Position numbers and translations under genes: made by a program. A stretch of 64,000 bases of DNA, taken from the NCBI GenBank assembly GCA_021613535.1, contig CP075497.1, forward strand, positions 6,324,001-6,388,000, in the 5' to 3' direction. The notes beneath the pieces are model-generated. The model had not been told where the DNA came from and made no database searches. It worked only from the letters and a program-made list of their open reading frames with translations. Shown piece after piece: positions 41,685 to 54,710 of the stretch; positions within the stretch are counted from its first letter, which is position 1; the number at the start of each line of letters is the position of its first letter. The DNA comes from Adineta vaga (Eukaryota; Animalia; Rotifera).

Positions 41685-44600
41685 TCATTCTTTCATTTGA
41701 CAAGCAGGTAATGTTTTATATTTCCATTCACTATTTCGACATTCAATATCAATAATTGAGGAAGATGGATCAACTGGCATAGCATTTTTATGGCATGAAT
41801 ATCTTGCTAATAGATAATATTTTACATCATTATATATAACATAGGATTCAGCACTTTTCCAACCATTTTCAATGTTATCAGGCATGGGTTCAAGACAACC
41901 AGTTGCTAAATGAAATCGACATAAAAAATAATTATGACAAGAAAATTTCATTGATATACATACGAATACATCGTGGTCGTGGTCCCCATCGACCATTTTT
42001 ACATTGAATATGCATTGGACCTGATTGACGATCATGAACAAAATTTTCTAAACATCGATAGACTGCTCGACTTCCATCATCATAATATCCATCAGTAGTT
42101 AATTTCGCATGAATTTGTGTTCGAGCATTGGGAATTGTAATGCCACTTTGACAACGACGTTTAAATGGAGCTATAAATATATATCTCTAGAATCCTATTA
42201 AGATTCAAGTTTCAATACTAACCAATGCATGTTGTTGGTAGTGTTGACCATTGTCCATTTTCTAGACAGGTCATATTATAGATCATATTTTCATTATTAG
42301 TTTTATCTAAACAGTTTAAACGAATATATGATCCTGGTATTGCTTCATTTGTTGATATATCAAATACATTAATCATGGAATTAACGATGGAAAGTCGAGA
42401 CAGATCAATAGGTAATGGAAGTGAACACCGAGGTTTTTCTTTTCAAACGAAAATATAAATCAAATAAATATTAAAAACATCATGATTTTCTTCTTACCCA
42501 TACAAACGATTTTCGGATGAAAAACGCCGTTTTGACATGTGATTCGAAATGATTCATGTTCGCTTGTATCACTTATAAAACCAAATTGACAAATGAATAA
42601 AAGTGAACCCGTATAGTGACTTCATTATCTCGATTATGTTTTATCGTATCATCACTCAATAATTGAGCGTATTCAATTTTTGGTAATTCTTTACAATAAG
42701 ATGAAATATGACGAACTTGACGATCACCCGCAGATATAGATCGAATAGATGAAATAGATGATTTATTGGAAATATTCATTACTGAAAGATCATCATCATC
42801 ATCATCGAGATCGGATGCAGTATTATACTCAGTTGTTGTATTAAATATAATTGTGGAAGTTTGATCAAGAACTTCTTCCGTAGTTACATAATCTACATAC
42901 AAAATTTGGATATATTTCACTAAAAGTATTTCACCATTGAGTTACTTACTCAACTGACACATGACTGTATTAATTGCATCTAAAGACCATGTTCCATTCA
43001 TAGAACAAATTGTATAATTTGACTGATTGAATGACGAGCTATATCCTGGCTGACATTGGTAATATAGAATAGTGCCTACATCATAGGTTGTATTCAATGG
43101 TGATTGAACTATATCAGCATTTGGTAGGAATGGAATATCATTGGAATGACATGCGATACTACTGCCACTACTACTTTCTGGTTCGATTGATGTTGTTTGA
43201 AATGACTTTTTTGTTGTATTTTCCATTAAAAGAATTAAATTATCATTTAGTGAAATGAATTCATCAGTATCAGCACTGATCATTTCAGTTGTCATTGTTT
43301 CGATGGCTGATTAGATATAAATGCGAATTTCAGTAGAACCAATAGAAATTGTTTCTCTATCTTACCTCGACAAATTGGAATTCCAGTCCAAGTATTTGTA
43401 TCACGTTGACAACGTATTTTTAAAGGTGGACTAGATGGATCATGTTCGAAATTTGGTAAACATTCTCGAAGAACATATGAATCATAGACAAATGCTAATG
43501 GATCATGAATATATTGTAATGATACTAGACGAAAACAAATGTCATATTTATTTCATCTCTATGAAATTTACCATTATAAACATAGGAATTTTCCACTTGA
43601 GATTCAAGATTTAACAGATCTTGTTTGGAACATGTGAGAATTTCTAGAATAAAACACATGTCTGTTCTGTCTTATTATTACGATTTCTTTTGAATCGATA
43701 CCTCGACAATCCGTAACATTAGTCCATGAACCATTTATACATTCACTTCTCATTTGATCATTTCCATCCAATGTTTCAAAACCATAATTACATTCATAAA
43801 CAATTTCACCTGTATATGTTTGATCTTCCCAAATTGTCACATTATATAAAATCATATATCCATTTTTAATATAAACAGGATAACTACATCGAATTGGTCG
43901 TTCAGCATGATAAACAACTAGAAAAAATATTGCAAAATAAAAGTATTGAGAGAAACAAAATCATGAATATTTATCTTACATTCACAAACTGGTAATGGAG
44001 ACCATGAACCAGATTCTAAACATTCGACAATAAGAGATGTTTGACCATCATGTAAACGATATCCATCTTCACATGTATATTCAAGATTACTTCCAACCTA
44101 GAATAATTGTTTGTACTTTTTTTTTCTTGCTAAATAAGTAAATATAAAAATTCCCCTTTGGATATCTATTAAAAATCATTCATTTCTAGACACATTCTGA
44201 TGGGAATGAACATCATGTTCATCAATTATACAAAGTTATAGATAGATTATCTACGATCGACGCAAAGCTATTGAATAAGAGATATAATTGAATTTCGAAT
44301 TCGTCTGTTCATAATCAAATAAGTCGTACTAATGACATGACTGGTTAAATATATACGTATAGATTTACCGCATGTAATTGTCGATTATGTTCTGAAAATT
44401 TGAAATTCATCCGCGTAATACGTGATCCAGAGGGTAAATATAATTTCGAATAATTACACAAACCTTCAGCAGCTATAAAAAAAGATTCACATATTTGAAC
44501 AAAAGAAAAGAACGATGAAACTAATTTTTTACGTTTACAACTAGGCATAGGCGTCCACGATCCATCATTTTGACATTCGATATGTAACGATCCACCCGAT

Positions 44601-45219
44601 GTTGAATCGAATTCATAATAATCCATACAACGTAAGACTATTGTTGAACCAACAATAATCTGTTGAGGATCATTTTGAAAATATGCAACATTATTAGATT
44701 CAATAATCGTATTCTTTGGATAACTTTTAATTGGTGCGCATCGTTTTTTTGCTAAAAGATAAAATCAATCAAATACTAACGGAGAAATCCAATGGAAATA
44801 TACGAATGCATTGAGTCATTGTTGACCATATTCCATTTTGACAAGTGACAATTTTATTTCCAAGAAGATTAAAACCTGGTAAACACATATATTCCATACT
44901 ACCTAAATAACCTTTTCCAGTATAATATGAAACTCGATCACGTTTAATTATTCCATTAGTTAATTTCGGTGGTGGACTTTTACAATAAATTAAAGTTTCT
45001 ATAAAACAATCTCTTCAATAGAATTTACAAGGATCTTCGATTAGTATTTACCATCGATATCAGCAAAACACATAGAAAATATGCATGTACAAACAAAGAA
45101 TTGAAATAACATCTCGTCTCTTTAGTTAGAAGAAAGAATAATAAACGACAAATTTTTCTATTCACAATAGTATATATGAGTACTGGTTTAATACTCAAGA
45201 GAATTATCCAACGAGACAT
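41685..45219 (-). CDS. Multi-sushi (CCP/SCR) domain protein with S/T-rich spacers; one apparent 1-nt frameshift near 42615
   Basis: Repeated C..P...NG...Y.C..G.....C..G.W....C modules (e.g. YVCLPGFNLLGNKIVTCQNGIWS, YECNYGF..CINGSW, YQCQPGY..CSMNGTW). No C-terminal TM seen. Start uncertain. Confidence 0.85.
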
Positions 45220-45750
45220 TTTTTCTCTCGAATGAAAAATTCATTAATGCATAAAGAAGAAAACAGTCCTAGTAAATAGTAGCATAAAACTTTTCTTTGA
45301 TGAAAAATATTATTAAATCTTCTAGTTATTGATTTGTAAGTTTTTGTATTTGTATTTGTAGTTGATTATTTCGACAATATTTTACAACGTTTCTTTTCTG
45401 ACAGCATACATGAAGGAACGCAAGACATCCACAATGCACACATTAGTCAGTCATTTTCTTTTTCTTTTAACTTTTTTCATTTATGGTATGACTAAATTCA
45501 CCAATAAAATTTCAGCATGTTACCTTCGTCACAAATCAGCTGATAACTTCTCCAGATAACATATTAATATACTTAAGTTCAAGTAAAAAATGATTATTCC
45601 CAACATTATTCATGAAAGGAATTTGTCAACTTTTGAAAAAAATGTTCTTCATGCACATTCAATCTGAAGTATAAGAAAGGAAGAAACTTCTTTCGACATT
45701 TGATTAATCATCTTGTCATTTTAGTTTCTTTTTTCTCCAACATAGCAGTC

Positions 45751-48121
45751 ATGTCGAATACAAGTGTATGCCTTGAAAAATTTATTTGAATCCTTCTCAC
45801 TAAAATCGTAATATTTAGATCATTCGAGTTCAATCATCCGAAGGAACAAAAAGAATCAATATCTCTTCTCAAGATACTTTGAAAAGTTTATATGATAAAG
45901 TAAATTATAACGATTATTTAACAAAAAAAGAATACAATCCTTTAGACTGCTGATATTTTTGCTTTTTCATCTCCCGAGCAATTTACTTTGTATAAAGAAC
46001 AGAATAAAAAATCACCATTAAGACGAACAAAAATACCAATAGATCTTCGGTTTGATAAATAAAAGTACAACATTTTCATTTCATTCTATGAATTCATTTT
46101 TTTAAAGACATGGTGATCTAATTTATCTTATATCTGAACAACAGGATACCTCATCGACTAAATCAACAGCACAGCTCGATTTTGTTTCGAAATTAATCAA
46201 TCTCGAAGAAGATGACGTCGATAAACAGTTAGATCAAATCGATGGGAAAATCTCTCGAGAAAAAGATCCACAATTGTAAGAAGAAAACATTCTGTATATC
46301 CTTAGAATTGTTGTTTTTGCTTACCCTTTAGATGTCACCATGGTAAACATGGTAAATGTTTACATTGTATACCAATAGAACCATATGATGAAGAATATTT
46401 AAAAAATCATAATCCACCAATTAAACATATGTCTTTTCAAAGTTATCTAAGAAAGTTACAGAATTTAGCTACCAGTGATAAGTAAAGAAAAAGAATTCTT
46501 TTTAGATTATTTATCCTTTTTTTTCATTCATAGATATTCTGCTTTGAAAAATATTAGTTGTTCAATCAAAGAAAAATGTTCATCTGGTCATGCACCATGG
46601 CCAAAAGGTAAGCAGTCAACTAATATCAAAGAGAGTAATATATCAAGAGAATACTTTTGTAGGAATATGTACAACATGTCAACCTAGTCCAATCACGCTC
46701 ATGCGACAAGTAAATCATCTCTAGAATTCTATAAAACTATTGTATTATATTATTTTCAGACGTATCGTCATGTGGATAATATTATGTTTGAAAATGGAAA
46801 TATTGTTGATCGATTTTTGAATTATTGGCGTTCATTTGGTCATCAACGTGTAGGATTTCTTTATGGTCGGTATGAAATGTATGATGGTGTACCACTCGGT
46901 ATTCGAGCTATTGTCGCTACAATCTATGAACCACCACAAGTAAGAAAAGATGATTTGATATGTAAAACTGGAGATTATTATAAAGGATACGTCGAAAGAT
47001 GAAGTTCATCTGAATTTACCTGATCCACACGAAGCCATTGTTGAGAAAATAGCTCATCGTCTAGGACTTCGTCGTATTGGATGGATATTTACGGATTTAA
47101 TACCAAATAATAAAAGAATTGGAACCGGTCCTGTAATACATCATCGAGGAAATGCAGTATGAATATAAACAAAGAACAAACTATTCTTTTTCTAAAAGCA
47201 AACTATGATTTATTTGATAGAATACATGTTTTCTAACTGCTCAAGAATGTATTATGAGTGGTTGGTTACAAAATAAACATTTAAATACTTGCAAATATTC
47301 ACCCGATGGTTATTTTGGTTCGAAATTTGTTACAGTTGTTGTAACTGGTGATGCATCTGGACAAATACATTTTGAAGGATATCAAGTTTCAAATCAATGT
47401 ATGGGTTTAGTGAAATCAGAGATTTTACTTCCGACATATGATGCATCTGAGTTAGGTTATATAAAAGAAACAAGTTCAGAACAATATGTACCTGATGTTT
47501 ATTATAAAGTAACGAAGCAAAAAAGGTATTTTTTTGATAGATTTGAAATCATTTTTTATGTAGGAAAAAGATTCTTATAATAATGAAATCATGAAAATCG
47601 CTCGACCATTACCGGTGGATTATTTAATTATTGATATTCCAACCGGTTTTCCCAGCAGTGACTCACAAATACAATCGACATTTAATGATACTTGTTCTAT
47701 AATAAAAACACCTTTTTGTATTGAAAATCGTACAAAAACGGGAGAATTACAGGTAGAATAGTTTTATTCAACTGTCAGTTGTATATGAAGTAGAATTCTT
47801 TCATAGGATATGGATACATTTACATTGTATCTACAACAATTTTTCGAACCTAATGCAATTAGATCTCGATCAAAATCATATAAAATCACAGATATTTTAG
47901 GTGATTTTCATGTCTTATCATATCTTGCTATCAATGATATTGTTCCATTTCCAATGGTAAACCATGACTCTTTTCACTTGATAAATAATCCACTATGTTT
48001 TTAGAATAAGCTCAATACATTACTTGATTCGTTACGTACTCATGATATAGATGGTGTTGAAAAATGGATGAATAATGAACATTGGCAAACACTTCTTCAA
48101 CTTCTTCAAATAAATTGTTAG
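45751..48121 (+). CDS. NPLOC4: Nuclear protein localization 4 (p97/Cdc48 cofactor)
   Basis: [119 protein letters not shown]. Confidence 0.96.
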
Positions 48122-48283
48122 TACAATTGTTTTCCTGTTCACATTGTACGTTTTTATATAATATATCCAATCGAATATGTCGCCTGCTAATCTTTTATTT
48201 TTCTCTCTTTTCGTTTTCGTTTTTGTTTCATTTTCTTTTGAAGAATATTTCAGTCTAGACGATTCTATTTTAGATAAATAAGA

Positions 48284-50154
48284 ATGGACGTTTTAGCAAA
48301 CAGAAATCATTTTAGTAATACGAATGCTACTGATGGATCATCCAGTAATACAGCACTGCCTTCACACGATACTATTCTTTCATTATCTTTTAATCAAGAT
48401 TGCACGTATGAATTTAAGATTATTTGTTAACAGTATTATTTGACGTTTAAAATTATAGATCATTGGCAATGGGTACACAAAACTCCTATTATCTATTTAC
48501 AATCATTCAAGAAAATCAAATCAATGACACGAATAATTGTGGTAAAAGTATTGTCAATGAATTACTCAAGATTTAAATATTTTATTTAGAAATTCAACCA
48601 TATACAAATATGTCACAGCTTCGTAAGTTGACAAATACATTTATTCTGAAATATTAGTATTTTCTAATAGCTTATGACTCTGTTCATATAATCGAACGTT
48701 TATATTCCAGTTCGTTACTTGCTCTTGTCAGTAAACAATCACCACGAAAATTAAAACTATGTCATTTCAAAAATGGTACAGAAATATGTTCATATACATT
48801 CGCAAATAATATTCTTGCTGTTAAACTAAATCGCTGGGTAATACTATTTATTTATATTGTATTTTCAAAGAATGAAGTTTTCTTTGTAGAAATTAGTTGT
48901 CTGTTTGGAAGAAAGTATTTATATTCATAATATGCGTGATATGAAAGTAATACATACAATTCGTGATGTATCATCGAATCCTGATGGACTTTGTGCATTA
49001 TCATCAAATGAAAATCATCCATTTTTGGCCTATCCAGGTAGTTCAATAACAGGTGAAATACAACTATTCGATACAACGAACTTGGTAAGTTATAGAAATA
49101 CTTCTGAATGAAGTTTAATCAGATTTTGTTGTGCATTTTACATAGAAACCAGGAATCATCATCAGTGCTCATGAGAGTCCATTAGCAGCAATGGCATTCG
49201 ATACAACTGGAACTAGAATAGCGACAGCATCGAATAAAGTATTCTAATAATAATATAAATAAGAGAAATTAGAAGAATTTGTGATTTCGGCTTAGGGAAC
49301 AGTGATTCGTATTCACAATATTATCGATGGTTCACGTCTATTTGAATTTCGTCGTGGTGTTCGACGGTAATTCTTTACTAAAACATGTATATCTACACCT
49401 TTTTTTGTTATAGAGTAGCAACTATTTATTCGTTAGCATTCAGTTCTGATTCAATGTTTCTCGCTGCATCAAGTAATACTGGTACCATACATATCTTTCG
49501 ATTAATTGATCAGAAAGAAAAGTATGTATCTTTTTAGTATTGCTAATAATTTCATCACTTCTATCTCTCCTTCTGTTTTCAGATCAACACAAGAAACAAG
49601 TTCATGGATGAGTTCATTCAGTCGTATGTTAGGAGATGTTGCATATTATCTACCCAAACAAACATCAGAAGTTTTAACACAAGATCGTGCATTTGCTACT
49701 GTTCATCTTTCATCCGGAGGAATAAAATCAACCATTGCACTAACTAGGTAATTATTTACATTCAATTCATCTTTTTTCTTTAACCATTATTTTGTTTTTC
49801 TAGTTTAAATAATACATTGAAATTATTCGTTGCTGATTTTGATGGAATTGTTTATGTTTACGAAGTGAATGTAACAGAGGGTGGTGAATGTCGACAAGTC
49901 AATCAATTTTTGCTTCAAATGTCTTGTAATAATTTCAATAGTTAGTATCTAAATGGTTTGAAATTGGAAGTGAATTTCTTTTCTATTTTTGATTAGATGA
50001 TTCGACACGAAAATATCCTCCAAATCTTTTACGAAATGAAAATAATACAGTTCCATTAACCAATACCACACATCTTGTTGATCAAACATATGATACTGCA
50101 ATAGATGAACAAGATAAATTTCCATTGCCTTCAATACAAGGTGATGATGAATGA
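48284..50154 (+). CDS. WIPI2: WD-repeat phosphoinositide-interacting protein (WIPI1/2, Atg18 family)
   Basis: [80 protein letters not shown], phosphoinositide motif EFRRG, QDRAFA. Confidence 0.93.
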
Positions 50155-50646
50155 TCATCATCTACTTGCAATCGATGTATGTGTGTGTCTATATTATTTT
50201 TCTATCAAATAAATTATTTCTAACAACTTTGTATCAAAAACATATTAACACGATCGTTGACAAACCTCGTTACTCACGTCTAAGAAAACCATTCAGAAGC
50301 TTCAAATAAATCTGTTTCCTTAAATACAACGAAAGAAACTAAGTACAAATCATGTCAAAGTTGAGTTATTTCAGCAAAGAATTTCAAATAAACTTGAGCA
50401 AAATATTACTTCAGATTTTTTGTATTAAAAGTAAGAGAAGAAATCGTTATGATTGCTTACGTCTCACAAAGGATATATCCATATTTCGATGCAGTAAGAT
50501 TTTCCAATCAAAGTTCTTTCTCAAAACTAATCTATGGCAGAGATTCGAGTAAACTCCATTCAACCTCACAAATCTTTCCATTTTCATACGAGAAAGAAAA
50601 AAATTAATCAAACAGTTTTTAGTTGACCTTTTTTTTCATTACAAGA

Positions 50647-50995
50647 AAAGTGTTGCTCTGGCAGATCAATGTTGACACCGATCCGCACGATTTCGTCATC
50701 GCAACGTGTATTTAATCCGCTAGGATATTTACCTCTTGGTAAGTTGTAATAAGCAACTTGTCTAGTTGAGGTATGGAGCTAGACGTTTTCATCGTCTCTA
50801 CATCTATTGTTTTGGAAGAAGCGAAAGAAAAGTGCAAAGTGTAGAGACAGCGTAGATGTCGTGCTCCGCACGTCGTGAAGATAAATTGCTTATTAAAACT
50901 TACCAAGAGGTAAATATTCTAACGAATAAAATATATGTTGCGATGACGAAATCGTGTGGATTGGTGGCAACACTGATCTACCAGAGCAACACTTT
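50647..50995. repeat. Long inverted repeat / foldback (MITE-like or hairpin-RNA locus)
   Basis: Arms 50647-50763 and 50879-50995, 117 bp each, about 14 mismatches and no indels by manual alignment. Weaker pairing continues inward (GGAGC/GCTCC, GTCTCTACA/TGTAGAGAC). Confidence 0.85.
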
Positions 50996-51773
50996 CATTT
51001 AAAAGAATGTAAATAAAACTGACATATATTCAAGTGGAATCTTGTGGGTGTGGGAGAGCACAGACGTTGGTTGCGAGACTGCTCATGTGAAGCCAGTAAG
51101 TTGAACATATTTTCTGCAAAAATTGATCAAATATATAATGAATAATAAATATTTTTCTTTATATGCATGAAAAGACATCAACTGTCTTCATATTTTGCTG
51201 CATTGTTTAAAATCCAGATAGGTAAAATCAAAACTTTCTTTCTAATGAATTTGTCATGTATCGACGAGTTCAGTCAATTATATGATGGTGTTAAAATCTG
51301 ATTAAACATGTATTTTTTGAAAGAGTAACTTGATGTTGAAACATGCTCATTTTTCCGATCATAAAAGCTGCGGACAAAAGTTTCACATTTTATCATCTTC
51401 ATTGATTACGATTCAAATAAGAAATATGAAGTTATCCTTAATTTGTGTAAAACTACTTATTTAATTGATCTAAGTATCTCAAAGAATAATATAATAATAC
51501 ATCAGCACAGGAGATCCCTACATAGAAACGATAAATCAATTATTGCTGGTTATGATGATCAAATACAGGGTTTCACTAACTATTTTAAGATCTGTTAAAC
51601 ACACACACACACATATATATATAGAAAAAAATCCTCAAATAAATATTTCCAATTGGTTACCAGTTTTGGTATTCTTTGGTTAATTACCTCAAGTAGGGAC
51701 TCAATTTGGGGATGAATCTGGGAACCATGATTTGGGGCAAAGGATAATCAACCAATAAAATACGAATTATAAT

Positions 51774-53288
51774 TTATTTTTTACACGTTCGAGATCGTTT
51801 TTCCATTGCTGAGACCAAGCATGATTTGCTGATAATGATTTTTCATAGAATCTGATTGCCTCTTCATATTCTCCTCGATTATATTTGATCCAACCAAGTT
51901 GACCATAAATTGGTGCTTTGTCATTCTACTTCGTTGTTTGATCAAGTAACATATCATAAATCTCTTCAGCCTTCTCCGTTTGACCCAATTTAATTAGTAC
52001 CAAACCCAATCTGTACCATCCCTCTTTGTCTGGAAAACTTTCCTCTCGTATGCGCTCAGTCAGTGCATGTAATTCTTTGTCATTATCACTGGTCAGTGTC
52101 AAACTCACCAAGGAGAGTTTGTTATTTCCATCCATTTGTTTGATATCCTGAATACGAAACACGCTGTGCATTGAAAAAAGTACTTCATCTTCACCCGCAA
52201 TGTCACTAAAATCAAGATTTGATGCAAATGCTGTAGTTGATTGTTTTGGATCAATTGTCATTACGAACAAAATTGCCACCAAATCTGAATTACTAATATT
52301 CTGTTCTGCAAACCTAAGTGAAACATCTTTGTCCTTGCTAGTGGATAAGAAGTTGTTAAATTATAGTAATCCACTTTTTGTTTGCTTTAATTGTTCAAAA
52401 TCTGTTTTTGATAATCCTTGTCCACGATAAACTGTGAAAATTTTATTCATTTGTTGTTCTTGACGCACGGATTCGATATGCCGATGTAGATCATTAATAA
52501 AGAAACCCATCCGTGTCATGATGTCGCCATCCATTATTCGAATTCCACGATTGAGAGTGTCGTATAAGAAGCAATGATAAGTATACCACCAGGTAGGTGT
52601 TTTCTGATGATATTCGCGTTCCAGTAATTTCACATTCTCTAATTCTCGATAGTTACCGGCGAAAAGTTCACGGCGGTAGTTGACATAATCTTGAATATAT
52701 GTGCTGTCGAATTGGATGGTCAATAATATCTCTTTGAAGATCTGATTGTATATGAAAGAAGGATCTAATTGGTCCAACTTCTTGCCAGATGCCACGAAAC
52801 TCATGGAAGCGGCATTTTTTTCAAATTGTGCTGCTACTTGTTTGAGAGCTTCACAGATGGGTTTGATTTCTGTAAAGACTCCCTAGATCTTTGGCCATTC
52901 TTTCGCCCATTCTTCATGCCGTTGTTTGTTGCTACAGAAGATGAAAATGGAATCCACTTGAGACAAATCATGTACCTGAGGTACAATAAGCTGACCAAGT
53001 GAACCTGAAATAATCATACATATACATGCCTTACTATCTTCGATGGTTCTAAGGAAGTGGATGCACTGATCGCCATCGGTGCAAGTGTTTAAATTCATGG
53101 ACAGCCCGTCAAAGATGTTTCTTTGTATTTTGACAATCTTCGTTGTTGTTATCGATATCGCCATCCAACCATATAAGCAGCACATTTTGGATCTTTTGAA
53201 TGTCAAGATGACGACGTCCGCGTGTGTCTCTTGAAGTTCGAGTTGTTTCTTGAGTTGTTACAGTGTTGCTAGATTCGTTGCTTGCCAT
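51774..53288 (-). pseudogene. Pseudogene of an intronless NAD:arginine ADP-ribosyltransferase (R-STS-ExE class) plus TPR protein
   Basis: QNVLLIWLD..., MIISGSLGQ.IVP..HD..QVDSIFIFC, LDPSFIY.QIFKEILL, WWYT..FLY.TLNR, VYRGQ, FNNFLSTS, EDEVLFSM, TPR GEYEEAIRFYEKSL. Premature stops near 53109, 52883, 52361 and 51926, and a frameshift near 53090. Confidence 0.88.
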
Positions 53289-54289
53289 TGATTTGATTTT
53301 GTTCGCTGATGAGTATAATGAATATTGTGAATTTCAGTCGTTTTGAAAAGTTACTAGTCAATGAATAATAAAAATTTGCTCATTTTTTCGGTTTCTATTC
53401 TCTTCTTATGTGGTTTTCTTTTGTTAAATTTTATATTTCTTCCGAAATCAAGAGCAAATAAAGGAATCCATTTAACGAGGTACTCTTACGCAGTTGCCAA
53501 TCATCGAAATAGTCGCCGAAAATGAATGTTTTTTTATTTGTTCTGTCTTCAAACATATTCTTATTGTTTGCGATGGAGAATCGAAATTTGGAAAAGAATC
53601 TTCATAACTCAAATCTATAAATAATGTTAAACATGATTTTCAAAAGAAGAATCAAATTCAAGATGATATGTGGTACGTTCAAAAGATGACAACAATAATA
53701 AAAGAGTTTCAATCATTGTTCTTCTCTTTTTCAAATATTTTCAAATTCTTTTAGTTGTTGTCAAGTTCTCTATTCTTCGTGTTGTTCCTTATAACATATT
53801 TGAATTTTTTCACGCTTTTTATTACATGAAAATCTTCAATCTACTGAAGATTGAATATTAGTTTTGTTAGATTTAAGAAAACAACGAAGTCTCTGGTAAG
53901 AAATAAAATATGTAATATTAGTCTTGAATACTTTTGAATAAACTGGTGTTTGAGCGACTATCAAAATGTCTATTATATATCCAGAAAGAAATCTCGATCG
54001 TATGTAATCTACCCAATATTATTTTCAAATAGATCAAATTAGAAAGAGTTCCTTTAAAACATCTTTCAACAAAATAATAACACGCAAAGTTCGATTTCAT
54101 TCATAATAGTAAGAATTATTTCATCAAGTAAATCAAACAATCAATCAATTGTACGAGATCTTTGGTACAAAAGATTATATATTTCGTTCAGCGTTAAGCG
54201 CAAGGAGTTTTCCTGAAATAGATTAAAACAGTAGGTCCTTACAGGAAAATTGATCATTGAGGAAAGTATCTACCTACTTTGATTCAAAA

Positions 54290-54710
54290 ACATTTTATAA
54301 AGAAGTAAATTGAAGGCTTCAACAGAATAAAAAATCACCATTAGAACAAACGAAAGTAGAAATAAATCTTCGGTTTGATCAATAAAAGAACAACGTTTTC
54401 ATTTCATTCTATGAATCTATCTTATATCTGAACAGCAGAATATTCAACAAGACAATTCAATTTTGTTTCGAAATTAATCAATCTCGATAAAGATGATTTG
54501 ATTTGTAAAACTGGAGATTTTTCACGAAGGACACGTCGCTGAATGGTCGACAATTCAATCAATTTCTTTCATTTCAAATGTTTTTTAATAATCAACAAAT
54601 AAGTTTAATAAGTTGTACTTGAATGGTTTGGAATTCGAAATCGATGAATGTGTGTGTCTATATTATTTTTTTTTCTATCATACAAACTTTTGTTTATAAC
54701 AAGCTATCTA
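54290..54710 (+). pseudogene. Degenerate, internally deleted duplicate of the NPL4-WIPI locus
   Basis: Collinear similarity to ~45990-46215, ~46948-46995, ~49885-49970 and ~50171-50230, including intron and 3'UTR sequence. Confidence 0.8.

Noticed and set aside
48117-48284. NPL4-WIPI fusion protein via splicing
   Set aside because: Splicing from 48117 to either downstream AG meets a stop within three codons.
51650-51770. G-run-rich stretch (TTTGGGG twice) as an element end or G-quadruplex
   Set aside because: No inverted partner or TSD found, and the G-tracts are too widely spaced to support a call.
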